Shown here piece after piece: positions 25,454 to 37,451 of a stretch of DNA of 64,000 bases (position 1 is its first letter; each line of letters starts with the position of its first letter). A model generated the notes under the pieces. It made no database searches. It had not been told where the DNA came from and was given only the letters and a program-made list of their open reading frames with translations. The position numbers and the translations under genes are program-made. The DNA comes from SAR86 cluster bacterium AG-313-N18 (lineage in GTDB: Bacteria > Pseudomonadota > Gammaproteobacteria > Magnimaribacterales > D2472), in assembly GCA_003283765.1 (NCBI GenBank), contig QBVY01000003.1, positions 12,183 to 76,182 on the forward strand, written 5' to 3'.

Positions 25454-26308
25454 TTACTTATAAAAGTTTTTTCCTAATGTTGATTTAAATCTTCTATGGC
25501 TCCAAAGATACTCAGCAGGATGCTGAAGAATCTTATGTTCCATCAAGTCATTAATTTTCTGGGCTAACTCCATCGAATTGAGTTCCGCATGATCAATTAA
25601 TTCTATCTCAAGAACTAATTTATTATTTTTATAATATGAATTTAAAAATAATAAATTTGAATTTGTAGCATCAATAATTTTTTTTGTTGATGTGATCGTA
25701 GCAGCTTCTTGATTAAAAAATTCTAATTTAACAGAATGATCCCAGCCATAATCTTGATCTATAGCATACATGACGTTTTTTCCGCCTTTAAGCCATCTCA
25801 TAAATTTACGTGGATTATTCTTATCTGCGGTATCTTTAATGCTAGAAAGTCGGCCTTTATCTTGTATTTTATTCATTGAAGCTGAATTATGTGTTCTGCT
25901 GACACCATATACCTCAGCATTCATAGCAAAAATACGAGCATCTAATTCTAAGTGTTGAGAGTGTTTAAAAATGATTAAATTTCCATTCTCAGAGTCACTG
26001 TTAGACAAAAGATCTATTCCACTGAGCTCATAATCAACTTTATTTTGTATTTTTTTGTCTGACCAAAACCAAGCTATACCTGTTTCAACGAATGATCTTC
26101 CCAAGTACAAGAAATTATCTTGCAAGAGTTGTTGTTGCTCAGTTTTTGAAAAATCCGGAAAGCATACCTCAATATTTACTTGAGCAATTTTTTTTCTACT
26201 CTTAGCTAAAATAAACAGGAGCTTGCCACAAGATTTTCCTATTGCCGGATGCCATGAAGTTGGTAGATGGCAAAGACATTGCCATAATGTCATCATTAAC
26301 CTAATCAA
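25454..26308 (-). CDS. lpxL: Lipid A biosynthesis late (lauroyl/myristoyl) acyltransferase
   Basis: 284 aa with LpxL/HtrB-like architecture. H-x4-E catalytic motif (HSQHLE) present. Divergent from waaA. Confidence 0.7.
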   Translation of the reverse strand: MIRLMMTLWQCLCHLPTSWHPAIGKSCGKLLFILAKSRKKIAQVNIEVCFPDFSKTEQQQLLQDNFLYLGRSFVETGIAWFWSDKKIQNKVDYELSGIDLLSNSDSENGNLIIFKHSQHLELDARIFAMNAEVYGVSRTHNSASMNKIQDKGRLSSIKDTADKNNPRKFMRWLKGGKNVMYAIDQDYGWDHSVKLEFFNQEAATITSTKKIIDATNSNLLFLNSYYKNNKLVLEIELIDHAELNSMELAQKINDLMEHKILQHPAEYLWSHRRFKSTLGKNFYK

Positions 26309-26369
26309 TATTATGAGTATATAAAAATTAAAGAATGTATTATTACATTAATTTAAATATACCTTTTAT

Positions 26370-27943
<1,574 letters not shown>

Positions 27944-27949
27944 AAGTAG

Positions 27950-28903
27950 TTGAAACGTAATAATAAACCCATAATATTTCTCTTGGGCCCGACCGCATCT
28001 GGCAAGACTGACTGGGCCATTAATTTTCAAAATCAATTTCCAGTCTTAGAGATTATAAGCGTAGACTCTGTCATGGTTTATAAGGAATGCAATGTTGGAT
28101 CTGCAAAGCCTTCAAATGCAATCCTAAAAAAACATCCTCATCATTTAGTTAACCATGTTTCTTTGGATTCTATATTTTCTGTTGCAGATTTTTATGATTC
28201 AGCCCTTAGGCTTATCGATGACATTCATGCGAGAGATCAGATTCCATTAATGGTTGGTGGGAGCATGATGTATTTCAATCTTTTAAAAAAAGGAATCAGT
28301 GATCTTCCCTCAGCTGATCGTATGCTACGTGACGAGTTAGAGCAAAGAATTTTTACAGATGGGGTAGATGCCCTACATGCAGATTTAAGTAGGCTTGACC
28401 CTCTAGCAGCAAAAAATATTGATTCTCATGACTCTCAAAGAATTATAAGAGCAATTGAGATTATCACTTCAACAGGCATGAGCTTGAATGAAAATTTATC
28501 ATCTGAACAGACTAGGGAATTAAAAGAAAAATATACATTAATAGAGTTTGGAATTTTTCCAGAAGAAAGAGCAAAGCTTCATGAAAGAATCGAGTCTAGA
28601 CAAGAGATATTGGTTGGAGATAAATTGCTTGAGGAAATAGTGAACATTAAAAATATTTTTAATATTTCCACTGAACATCCAGCAATGAAAGCAATAAACT
28701 ATAGACAAGGATTGCAAGTAGTCGAGGGGAAGTTAGAGAAATCTAAATTATTTGAAAAATCTCTTTTTGCCACACGTCAATTTGCTAAAAGACAGTGCAC
28801 TTGGATGAGAGGGTGGGAAAACTTGATCTGTTTTGATCTTCATCAAGGAGAAGACGCTGCTGAGCAACTAAAAAAGCAACTTAATTTGCTCGAAATTGTT
28901 TAA
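27950..28903 (+). CDS. miaA: tRNA dimethylallyltransferase
   Basis: 317 aa with a TTG start. P-loop GPTASGKT. The DSQRIIRAIE region is typical of MiaA. Confidence 0.9.
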   Translation: MKRNNKPIIFLLGPTASGKTDWAINFQNQFPVLEIISVDSVMVYKECNVGSAKPSNAILKKHPHHLVNHVSLDSIFSVADFYDSALRLIDDIHARDQIPLMVGGSMMYFNLLKKGISDLPSADRMLRDELEQRIFTDGVDALHADLSRLDPLAAKNIDSHDSQRIIRAIEIITSTGMSLNENLSSEQTRELKEKYTLIEFGIFPEERAKLHERIESRQEILVGDKLLEEIVNIKNIFNISTEHPAMKAINYRQGLQVVEGKLEKSKLFEKSLFATRQFAKRQCTWMRGWENLICFDLHQGEDAAEQLKKQLNLLEIV

Positions 28904-28963
28904 TTCTTAAGATTTACCCCCAAATTAAATTTATAATTAAACTTTACAACTATAGGTATCTAC

Positions 28964-30001
28964 GTGAATTGGGATAATCAAAACAATCAAGACCCTTGGG
29001 GCAGAAAAGATCAAGACGAAGTTTCGTTTGATGATTTAATAAAAAAGTTTTCCGTTATGTTCGGTAAACAAGGTTCTGGCTCCAATGGATCTTCTGGTGG
29101 AAATGGATTTAATTTTCCAACTAAAAAAGCCTTTTTATACGGTTTTTTTGGATTACTAGTGATTTACGCAAGTATGTCTATTTATCAGCTGGACTCTCCT
29201 GAAAGAGCAGTGGTCTTAAGGTTTGGTGAATATCATGAAGAAACGGGCGAAGGCTTAAACTTTATGTTAGCTGGAATTGATGAAAGATATGTAGAAAATG
29301 TTGCCTTAACTAGACGTTATTCACAAACAGCAAACATGCTTACCAAGGATGAAAACCTAGTTGATGTAACCATTTCTGTTCAATATCGAATAAAAAATTT
29401 AAAGGATTTTGTTTTGAATGTTCGCGATCCTGAAAGCAGTTTAAGAGAAGCTACAGAAAGCTCATTGCGTCATGTTGTTGGAGATAATACCCTTGAGGAA
29501 ACACTTACAACCGGTCGTGAAATGATCGCGCAGGATGTTAATACAAGACTTCAAAGTTATTTGGATTTATATGCAACCGGGCTGATAGTTCAGCAGGTTA
29601 ATATAGAAAAAACTGATCCGCCTTCAGCAGTAAAGGCGTCTTTTGATGACGTTGTTGCTGCGAGAGAAGATAAGGAAAAATTACAAAATGAGGCTGATAG
29701 ATACGGACTTTCTATTGTCCCAGAAGCTCGAGGCCAGGCATTTGCTAGAATCCAGGCAGCTGAAGCATACAGAGAGGAAGTTGTGGCTAATGCAGAGGGT
29801 GAAGCTGTGCGTTTTGATAAGCTATTAGCTGAGTATGAAAAAGCACCAAAAGTGACGCGGGATCGACTTTATTTAGATGCCTTGCAAGGTCTTTACAGCA
29901 ATTCAACTAAAGTATTGATGGACGTCGAGGGTGGCAATAATTTGATGTACCTCCCGTTAGATAAAATTCTTGAACAAAATAGATCACAGGAGGAAGACTA
30001 A
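28964..30001 (+). CDS. hflK: FtsH protease modulator HflK
   Basis: 345 aa with a GTG start. Gly-rich N-terminus, a single TM and an SPFH/band-7 domain. Followed directly by hflC. Confidence 0.9.
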   Translation: MNWDNQNNQDPWGRKDQDEVSFDDLIKKFSVMFGKQGSGSNGSSGGNGFNFPTKKAFLYGFFGLLVIYASMSIYQLDSPERAVVLRFGEYHEETGEGLNFMLAGIDERYVENVALTRRYSQTANMLTKDENLVDVTISVQYRIKNLKDFVLNVRDPESSLREATESSLRHVVGDNTLEETLTTGREMIAQDVNTRLQSYLDLYATGLIVQQVNIEKTDPPSAVKASFDDVVAAREDKEKLQNEADRYGLSIVPEARGQAFARIQAAEAYREEVVANAEGEAVRFDKLLAEYEKAPKVTRDRLYLDALQGLYSNSTKVLMDVEGGNNLMYLPLDKILEQNRSQEED

Positions 30002-30870
30002 TGACTAAAGGAATGAATCTCTTAGTTCTTGCAGGGCTTATTCTTGCAATAATACTTAACAGCATATTTGTTATTGATGAAAAAGAAGATGGAATTGTTT
30101 TTCAGTTTGGTGAAGCTATTAAATCCGATCTTCCAACTGGCTTAAATTTTAAATTACCTATTATCCAGAATGTTAAAAGATATGATTCAAGGTTGCAGAC
30201 TCTAGATGAAGAACCAAATAGAATATTAACAGTTGAGAGTAAATATCTTATTGTCGACTCGTTTGTAAAATATCGAATTACGAATGTCCGAACCTTCTAT
30301 GATGCTACCAGTGGAAGTTTTATAAACTTGAATAATTTGCTTGGACAAAGAACTGCCTTTGAGCTGAAAAATCAATTTGGCCGAAGAACAGTGACCGAAT
30401 TAGTTTCAGGAGAAAGAGACCAGTTGATGAGCGACATGCGAGATAATTTAGGAAATTCTGTCTCTGATTTAGGTATTGAGATTATTGACTTTAGAGTCAA
30501 AAGAATCGATTTGCCGCCTGAGCTTAGCAACTCTGTGTATGAAAGAATGCGCTCTGAAAGAAACAGATTAGCTGAAGAATTACGTGCTGAAGGAAATGAG
30601 CTTTCTAATGAAATCCGTTCAACTGCAGATAAAGAAAAAGTCATTATTCTTGCAGAAGCCTATAAAACTTCTGAAGAAATAAGAGGAGAAGGCGATGCTA
30701 CAGCAGCAGCAATCTACGCTGAATCATTCTCAAGAGATCCAGAATTTTATGAGTTTACTCGAAGCATGAAAGCTTATGATGCAACTTTTAATAATAAGTC
30801 AGATGTTTTGGTTATCGATCCTAAATCTGATTTCTTCAAATACCTCAATAAGTCAAAAGGCAATAACTAA
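30001..30870 (+). CDS. hflC: FtsH protease modulator HflC
   Basis: 289 aa with an N-terminal TM and SPFH domain. Its ATG overlaps the hflK stop (TAATG). Confidence 0.9.
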   Translation: MTKGMNLLVLAGLILAIILNSIFVIDEKEDGIVFQFGEAIKSDLPTGLNFKLPIIQNVKRYDSRLQTLDEEPNRILTVESKYLIVDSFVKYRITNVRTFYDATSGSFINLNNLLGQRTAFELKNQFGRRTVTELVSGERDQLMSDMRDNLGNSVSDLGIEIIDFRVKRIDLPPELSNSVYERMRSERNRLAEELRAEGNELSNEIRSTADKEKVIILAEAYKTSEEIRGEGDATAAAIYAESFSRDPEFYEFTRSMKAYDATFNNKSDVLVIDPKSDFFKYLNKSKGNN

Positions 30871-30876
30871 CATCCC

Positions 30877-32100
30877 ATGAGCAATAACACCCTTATCTTG
30901 GGCTTGCAGTGGGGTGATGAGGGTAAAGGAAAAATTGTAGATGCTTTGGCAGAAAGTTCTGAGGCAGTATGTCGCTTTCAAGGCGGTCATAACGCAGGCC
31001 ATACACTCAAAGTGGATGGTGAGCAAAAAGTCCTTCATCTGGTCCCATCCGGTATTCTTCACCCTTCAGTTCATTGTGTCTTGGGTAATGGTCTTGTTTT
31101 ATCTCTTCCAGCTTTAGCTAAAGAAATTAAGGAATTACAAGAGAGTGATATTAATTTCAATGACCGTTTTTATATCAGTGAAGATTGTTCATTAATCTTG
31201 CCTACTCACATAGCAATTGATCAGGTTCGAGATAAAGAAGAAGGTATTGGAACAACCGGTAGAGGAATTGGCCCAGCATATGAAGACAAAATTGCTAGAC
31301 GTGCAGTGCGTTTTGGAGATTTAAAAAATCTTGAAGAGCTCAAGATAAAATTATCAACATTGGTTAATTATCACAATCAAATTTTACAGAATTTATATAA
31401 TGCCCAACCTATAGCTTTTGAGGATGTCTTGGAAGAGCTGACCAACAACATAGAGCTTTATAATAAATATCATTGCAAAACTCAGGATCTTTTAAAACTT
31501 TGGGTAAAGCAGGGCAAAAGCATTCTTTTTGAAGGTGCGCAGGGTTCTATGCTAGACATTGATCACGGCACCTATCCATATGTCACTTCTTCAAGTACTA
31601 CTGCAGGTGGCTTATCTTCAGGTTTGGGAGTGGGCCCGCGACATATTGATTCTATTTTGGGCATTACCAAAGCATATACTACTCGTGTTGGTGAGGGGCC
31701 TTTTACTACTGAGTTATTTGATTCCAATGCAGACCAGCTGGCAAAGATTGGACATGAATTTGGTGCAACAACAGGCCGCCCAAGAAGATGTGGATGGTTG
31801 GATTTAAAAGCGTTAGAAACGATTGTTTTTATCAACTCTGTTACCAACCTATGCATCACAAAATTAGACGTTCTAGATGGCTTTGAAGAAATTCAAGTGT
31901 GCATTGACTACGATCAAAATCAGCAACCTATTTATAAAACATTTTCTGGTTGGAAGCAGGATACATCCAATGCTAGGTCTTTTAATGATTTACCTAAAGC
32001 TGCTCAGGACTATATACTATTTATTGAAGAGACCTTGGATTGTCCTGTTGGCATAGTTTCGGTGGGACCATCAAGAGATCAAACAATTTATAGAGATTAG
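30877..32100 (+). CDS. purA: Adenylosuccinate synthetase
   Basis: 407 aa. QWGDEGKGKIVD P-loop, GTTGRGIGPAYEDK and GATTGRPRRCGWLD motifs present. Confidence 0.95.
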   Translation: MSNNTLILGLQWGDEGKGKIVDALAESSEAVCRFQGGHNAGHTLKVDGEQKVLHLVPSGILHPSVHCVLGNGLVLSLPALAKEIKELQESDINFNDRFYISEDCSLILPTHIAIDQVRDKEEGIGTTGRGIGPAYEDKIARRAVRFGDLKNLEELKIKLSTLVNYHNQILQNLYNAQPIAFEDVLEELTNNIELYNKYHCKTQDLLKLWVKQGKSILFEGAQGSMLDIDHGTYPYVTSSSTTAGGLSSGLGVGPRHIDSILGITKAYTTRVGEGPFTTELFDSNADQLAKIGHEFGATTGRPRRCGWLDLKALETIVFINSVTNLCITKLDVLDGFEEIQVCIDYDQNQQPIYKTFSGWKQDTSNARSFNDLPKAAQDYILFIEETLDCPVGIVSVGPSRDQTIYRD

Positions 32101-32121
32101 CTTTATATAATCTGGAGAGAC

Positions 32122-34353
32122 ATGAAAAACCTTCTAATTTCAATCGTTCTGCTTTGTATTTTTACTGTAGCTATTTTTTTTGGAGGCGCTTTTTTCAAAG
32201 TCTTTGGAACATTGGATGGACCCGGAGTTATAGAAGGAAGAGTTCTTCCAGAACAAGCAATTCAAGATAGAGCCACTCGGATCAATGTGGTGAAATCAGA
32301 TTTAGAGGTTTTGGGTGACAAACAAATTCTCTTTGGCGATCTTCATGTTCATACAACCTATTCAACAGATGCATTCATGTGGTCTTTACCCTTTATGAAC
32401 GGTAAAGGGGCTTCGCCATTAGCTGATGCATGTGATTACGCCAGATTTTGTTCAGCTTTAGATTTTTGGTCCATTAATGATCATGCTGAAGCAAGCACCC
32501 CAAGAAAATGGTTGGATACCAAACAAAGTATTCAACAATGTAATAATTTATCAGAAGGAACAGATGATTTGGTTAGCTTCTTAGGATGGGAATGGACTCA
32601 AGTTGATCCGAATCCAGAAAATCATTACGGGCACAAAAACGTTATTTTTTTAGAAACCGATGATGCTGTGGTGCCACCAAGAGCAATTGGCTCAGGAGGA
32701 GTCGCACCATTAGTTATGAGACTAGGTTTGCCTTGGACCATGTCAGCCTTGCCTGCAACTTTAGATTTCAAAAATAGAGACAGATTCTTTGCATTTGATA
32801 AATTCTTTGACGAAATCCAAGCAACACCTATATGCCCTGAAGGAGTAAATACCAGAGATCTCCCTGTAAATTGTTATGAGGAGGCAACCAATCCAAATAT
32901 TTTGTTCCAGAAATTGAAAGATTGGGATACACCCTACATGGTCATTCCACATGGTACTACTTGGGGGTTTTATACTCCACCAACATCTGATTGGAAAAAA
33001 CAATTAACAGATTTTAAGGACGATGAATCTCAATTTTTGTTTGAGATATATTCTGGTCATGGTAACTCAGAAGAATACAGAACTTGGAATGATTCAGACA
33101 TTGATCTAAACGTTGAGCTTTTTTGTCCCAATGAAACTAAAGATTTCTTACCAACCTGCCAGCAAGCAGGCAATATTATGGCTGAAAGATGTGAAACCTC
33201 TGGGATGGATGATCAAACTTGTAAGTATTTAGTAGATCAAACAAAATTATTTGCGGCTCAAATGGGCTCAACAGGATATGCTGCAGTGAATGAAACAAAT
33301 CCAGATGATTACTTAAATGCTGGACAATGCAATGATTGTTTTTTGCCGTCATTTAACTACAGGCCTCTAGGCTCTGCTCAGTATGTTTTAGCATTAAGTG
33401 ACTTTACCGATAAAGAGAATCCACAACGTTTTAAGTTTGGGTTTATTGGCTCAAGCGATAATCATGGCGCTCGGCCTGGTACCGGATACAAGGAAATTGA
33501 TCGACTTTTTAATACTGAGGCTAATGGCTTCAATGATCCATTTTATGAAAAAATGAGTGATTTAAGGCGCCCCAAAGGTGAATTAGAACCATCTTATGTT
33601 GATTTAGGTAATACTAACTTGACCAGCATTATGGATTTGAATATTGCCACGGATGCTGAAAGGCAAAGTGCATATTTTATGTCAGGAGGACTGGTTGCTG
33701 CCCACTCAACATCTCGAAAAAGAGAATCAATTTGGGATGCTCTAGAAAGAAAAGAAGTTTATGCAACCTCGGGACCAAGAATTCTTTTATGGTTTGATGC
33801 AGAAACTCAATCTGAATCTTTATCAATGGGCTCAGAAGTTGAGAGTAATCAATCACCGGTATTTACTGTAAAAGCAGCAGGCTCTCTTAAACAAAAACCT
33901 GGCTGCCCTGACTACAGCAACAATGGATTAACAAAAGAGCGTTTAGAGAAGATCTGTAATTCAGAATGTTACAACCCTAGCAATGAAAGAAGAGTGATTA
34001 CCCGAATTGAGGTTATAAAAATTTTGCCACAACAATATGAAAATGAACCAGTTGAAGGACTTGTAGAAGATGTGTGGAAAACCATCCCCTGCAATAGTAC
34101 GAGTTGCAAGGTGTCATTTGAAGATGAGCAATTCTCAATTGGTCGAAGAGATGCTGTTTATTATGTCAGGGCTATTGAAGAGCCCTCGCTAAAGCTTTCT
34201 GCTGATCCGCTGGGATGTGAATTTGATGAAAATGGTAAATGCATTAAAACTGAAATATGTAGAGTGGGAGTTCATGAGAATAGGGGAGACTGTCTTGCAC
34301 CAGCAGAAAATAGAGCTTGGTCTAGCCCAATTTATGTTAACTACCCTTCCTAA
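32122..34353 (+). CDS. DUF3604-like membrane-anchored putative metal-dependent (PHP-like) protein, function unknown
   Basis: 743 aa with an N-terminal TM helix. His-rich motifs: FGDLHVHTTYSTDAF, WSINDHAE, IPHGTTWG, EIYSGHGNSE, GSSDNHGARPG. Many Cys residues. Confidence 0.55.
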   Translation: MKNLLISIVLLCIFTVAIFFGGAFFKVFGTLDGPGVIEGRVLPEQAIQDRATRINVVKSDLEVLGDKQILFGDLHVHTTYSTDAFMWSLPFMNGKGASPLADACDYARFCSALDFWSINDHAEASTPRKWLDTKQSIQQCNNLSEGTDDLVSFLGWEWTQVDPNPENHYGHKNVIFLETDDAVVPPRAIGSGGVAPLVMRLGLPWTMSALPATLDFKNRDRFFAFDKFFDEIQATPICPEGVNTRDLPVNCYEEATNPNILFQKLKDWDTPYMVIPHGTTWGFYTPPTSDWKKQLTDFKDDESQFLFEIYSGHGNSEEYRTWNDSDIDLNVELFCPNETKDFLPTCQQAGNIMAERCETSGMDDQTCKYLVDQTKLFAAQMGSTGYAAVNETNPDDYLNAGQCNDCFLPSFNYRPLGSAQYVLALSDFTDKENPQRFKFGFIGSSDNHGARPGTGYKEIDRLFNTEANGFNDPFYEKMSDLRRPKGELEPSYVDLGNTNLTSIMDLNIATDAERQSAYFMSGGLVAAHSTSRKRESIWDALERKEVYATSGPRILLWFDAETQSESLSMGSEVESNQSPVFTVKAAGSLKQKPGCPDYSNNGLTKERLEKICNSECYNPSNERRVITRIEVIKILPQQYENEPVEGLVEDVWKTIPCNSTSCKVSFEDEQFSIGRRDAVYYVRAIEEPSLKLSADPLGCEFDENGKCIKTEICRVGVHENRGDCLAPAENRAWSSPIYVNYPS

Positions 34354-34780
34354 GCCATTCAGCTTGATTTGTTTTTAACCAATCGTCGAGTTTTGCATTT
34401 ACAAATTTATAAGAATTTGGATTAGAAAATTTCTTTGCTAGGCGTATACACTCATCAATAACTACAGGATGAGCCAGCTCATTAGCACGTATCTCCACTA
34501 TTCCAAGCCACAAAATAGCTTCATCTATAATCTCAATATTCTCACCTTCATTATTCCGTAGGTCTCTTGTGATCTCTTTTAAGTCATCTGATTGCTCAAA
34601 AATATTTTCTATTCTTTGTTTGAAGTAATTAAAGCTTATCTTTTTTGGGGTATTTTCTTTTAGGAATTGATCTACAAGAGAGTTTAAATTCGTTTCATCA
34701 AATATGTATTGATAGATTGCTTGAACTAGGCACTCTCGTGTTTGAAGTTCTTGTTTGTACTTTCCAAGATTTTTAGACAT
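34337..34780 (-). CDS. nusB: Transcription antitermination factor NusB
   Basis: 147 aa with a NusB-like N-terminus (RECLVQAIYQY). Conserved ribH-nusB order. The 3' end overlaps the convergent DUF3604 gene by 17 nt. Confidence 0.85.
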   Translation of the reverse strand: MSKNLGKYKQELQTRECLVQAIYQYIFDETNLNSLVDQFLKENTPKKISFNYFKQRIENIFEQSDDLKEITRDLRNNEGENIEIIDEAILWLGIVEIRANELAHPVVIDECIRLAKKFSNPNSYKFVNAKLDDWLKTNQAEWLRKGS

Positions 34781-34782
34781 CT

Positions 34783-35229
34783 TCAGCTCAGCATCTCAAC
34801 AAGTGATTGTGCAATTTCTTTACCTTTATTTAATTTTGATGAATCAGTTCGCTCTTGAGCTTGAGATAAATTTTCAGCAGCAATTAAGCCAAAGCCAATG
34901 GGCTTATTTGCATTCACGCTCACTTGCATTAATCCATGAGCTGCTGACTCAGATATGAGTTCATAATGTGTTGTTTCGCCTCTAATGACCACTCCATATA
35001 CAATGACTCCATCTGCATCAGCTAATTCTCTTTGCGCTGCATGGACAAGTTCCCATGCGCCAGGAACATTTACAGTTTTGATCTTGGTGAAACCCAGCTC
35101 TTCTAAATGTGCTTTGCCTGACTCTAATAATTCGTCAACAAGGTCAGCATTCCATTTTGATGCAACTATAGTAATTTTTTTATTAACATCAATTTCATTT
35201 GATGAGAATGTGAATCCATCTTTGCTCAT
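34783..35229 (-). CDS. ribH: 6,7-dimethyl-8-ribityllumazine synthase
   Basis: 148 aa. VPGAWELV and VIRGETTHYE signature motifs present. Confidence 0.9.
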   Translation of the reverse strand: MSKDGFTFSSNEIDVNKKITIVASKWNADLVDELLESGKAHLEELGFTKIKTVNVPGAWELVHAAQRELADADGVIVYGVVIRGETTHYELISESAAHGLMQVSVNANKPIGFGLIAAENLSQAQERTDSSKLNKGKEIAQSLVEMLS

Positions 35230-36302
35230 TGTTCAAACCCCGTGACCTCAAGATCAAATCCAGACAAGGAGGGGTATTTTACTGGCGTTCCAAGTAATTT
35301 AATTTGTTGCAATCCAAGCTCTTTAAGGATTTGTGATCCTATGCCGACGGTCTTTGTTTCAGGTTTAATGGATGATTTTGTTCCCATAAGATCATTCATA
35401 ACCTCATCTGCATCTTGATAATTTCCAATTAACAGCAAAACACCACATTTCTCTTTCCCGATTCTTTTGAGGGCTTTTTCTAGGTTAAGTCTTTCGCCAA
35501 ATTCTTCAATCCCAATTAAGTCATGTAATGTATTGGGAACATGAACCCTAACAAGCGGGGAGTCAGAAGCAGCAAGATCACCTTTAACAAATGCTAAATG
35601 GAGATTATCAAAAATGCTGTCTCGCCATGCAGAAAGTTCAAATTGAAGACCATCAATTTCAACAGATTTTGAATATTCCAGATGAACAGATTTTTCTTTA
35701 AGAGTGCGATAATGAATTAAATCAGCTATTGTCCCAATCTTCATTTCATGAGTTGAAGCAAATTTCATTAAATCATCTCTTCGAGCCATGCTTCCATCAT
35801 CATTCATAATTTCGCATATCACTCCAGCTTCCTCAAGACCTGCCAGTCTTGCTAAATCACATGCAGCTTCAGTATGGCCTGCGCGGCTCAACACTCCCCC
35901 TTCAAAAGCTCTTAATGGGAAAATATGGCCTGGTTGAACTATATCTCCTGCTTTAGCATTTTTTTTAGCTGCTGCGATTATAGTTCTAGCTCTATCCTCA
36001 GCAGATATGCCTGTAGAGATTCCCTCAGCAGCTTCAATGGAAACAGTAAACCCTGTGCCATGTTTGGCTCGATTATTATTGGTCATCATAGGGAGATTAA
36101 GTTGATCACATTTTTGAGGAGATAGCGGCAAACATACTAAACCCTTTGCTTTGCTGATCATAAAATTGATTTTTTGATCATCAACAAGCTCTGCAGCACA
36201 AACTAAATCACCTTCATTTTCTCTATCTTCATCATCAAGCAAAATAACCATCTTGCCAGCTGCAATATCCTGAATGATTTCTTCTGTTGTATTAAATTCC
36301 AT
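35226..36302 (-). CDS. ribB: 3,4-dihydroxy-2-butanone-4-phosphate synthase fused to a degenerate GTP cyclohydrolase II-like domain (RibBX type)
   Basis: 358 aa. The N-terminal DHBPS domain has DDEDRENEGDL and HTEA motifs. The C-terminal domain reads RVHVPNTLHDLIG where active GCHII has [10 protein letters not shown]...RCDCG, so the Zn-binding Cys residues are absent. Confidence 0.85.
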   Translation of the reverse strand: MEFNTTEEIIQDIAAGKMVILLDDEDRENEGDLVCAAELVDDQKINFMISKAKGLVCLPLSPQKCDQLNLPMMTNNNRAKHGTGFTVSIEAAEGISTGISAEDRARTIIAAAKKNAKAGDIVQPGHIFPLRAFEGGVLSRAGHTEAACDLARLAGLEEAGVICEIMNDDGSMARRDDLMKFASTHEMKIGTIADLIHYRTLKEKSVHLEYSKSVEIDGLQFELSAWRDSIFDNLHLAFVKGDLAASDSPLVRVHVPNTLHDLIGIEEFGERLNLEKALKRIGKEKCGVLLLIGNYQDADEVMNDLMGTKSSIKPETKTVGIGSQILKELGLQQIKLLGTPVKYPSLSGFDLEVTGFEQ

Positions 36303-36338
36303 CTCTTTTATATATAGGCATTAAATGCTTAAAAACAA

Positions 36339-37451
36339 TCAAAGATTCTCATTGTAATAAGTTGTCTTGATATCCTCTTTAAATCTCTCCAATCTAACCA
36401 TCTTTAATTTCATTGAGGTTCTGATGGTATCAGGAGAATTAACACTCAGAGCATCTTTACTTCCTTTGCCTAAAAACATGGGTGCAGTATATAGCACCAA
36501 TTCATCAAATAAATTATTAACAATGAATGCATTTAAAGTCTTTTGACCGCCCTCAACCAAAATACTAGATATATCTCTATCCAAAAGGTCTTGGAGAAAT
36601 TCTTCTAGAAAATTCTTCTTCTTATATTCCAAATACTCTATATTTTTTGATTTTTTAGCTGATTCCTTAGATCCAATTATAATTTGTGAATTACCAGCAA
36701 AAATTTTGCTAACTTTTTTTGATTTCTTAAGCCTACCTAAGATAATTTTTACTGGCTGCTTAATTGCTTCACCTTTGCCCAAACCTAACTCATTACTAGT
36801 TAATCGAACTGTTAGTGAAGGATTATCTTGCTCAGCAGTATTTCTTCCTACCAGGATACCTTTAACTTTTGATCGAATGTGATGACTATTTTTACGTGAT
36901 TCAGGATTTGAGATCCAGTTGCTTTCTCCACTTTGAAGTGCAATTTTTCCATCAAGCGACTGAGCACTTTTAAGAATGATATAGGGACGAGATTTTTTTT
37001 GATTAGTAAAAAAAACTCGATTTAATTCCTTGCACTCTTGATTAAGCATCCCAACGCTTGTTTCAATGCCAGCCTTTTTAAGTAATTTAATTCCTCGCCC
37101 ATTAATTTTTGGATTTGGATCAAGGGTTCCACAAAATAACTTTTTAATCTGATATTCAATCAAGGCATTTGAGCAGGGAGGAGTATTTTTCTCAATTGAG
37201 CATGGTTCAAGGTTCACATAAACATTTGATCCAGCAATAAGTTTAAGAGCTTTCTTAACACCAAATTTTTTCTTACAGTTTTTTATAGCATTTATTTCGG
37301 CATGATCTTTACCATACTCCCTATGCCATCCTTCGCCAATTATTTTATTATTTTTTACTATTACGCAGCCAACCATAGGATTTGGTTGAACTTTGAGTTG
37401 ACCTTTTTTTGCAAGCTCAATGGCTCTAGCCATAAAGTCAAGGTCTTTCAT
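36339..37451 (-). CDS. ribD: Bifunctional diaminohydroxyphosphoribosylaminopyrimidine deaminase / 5-amino-6-(5-phosphoribosylamino)uracil reductase
   Basis: 370 aa. Deaminase Zn motifs HAEINA and [12 protein letters not shown]-terminal reductase domain is present. Confidence 0.9.
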   Translation of the reverse strand: MKDLDFMARAIELAKKGQLKVQPNPMVGCVIVKNNKIIGEGWHREYGKDHAEINAIKNCKKKFGVKKALKLIAGSNVYVNLEPCSIEKNTPPCSNALIEYQIKKLFCGTLDPNPKINGRGIKLLKKAGIETSVGMLNQECKELNRVFFTNQKKSRPYIILKSAQSLDGKIALQSGESNWISNPESRKNSHHIRSKVKGILVGRNTAEQDNPSLTVRLTSNELGLGKGEAIKQPVKIILGRLKKSKKVSKIFAGNSQIIIGSKESAKKSKNIEYLEYKKKNFLEEFLQDLLDRDISSILVEGGQKTLNAFIVNNLFDELVLYTAPMFLGKGSKDALSVNSPDTIRTSMKLKMVRLERFKEDIKTTYYNENL

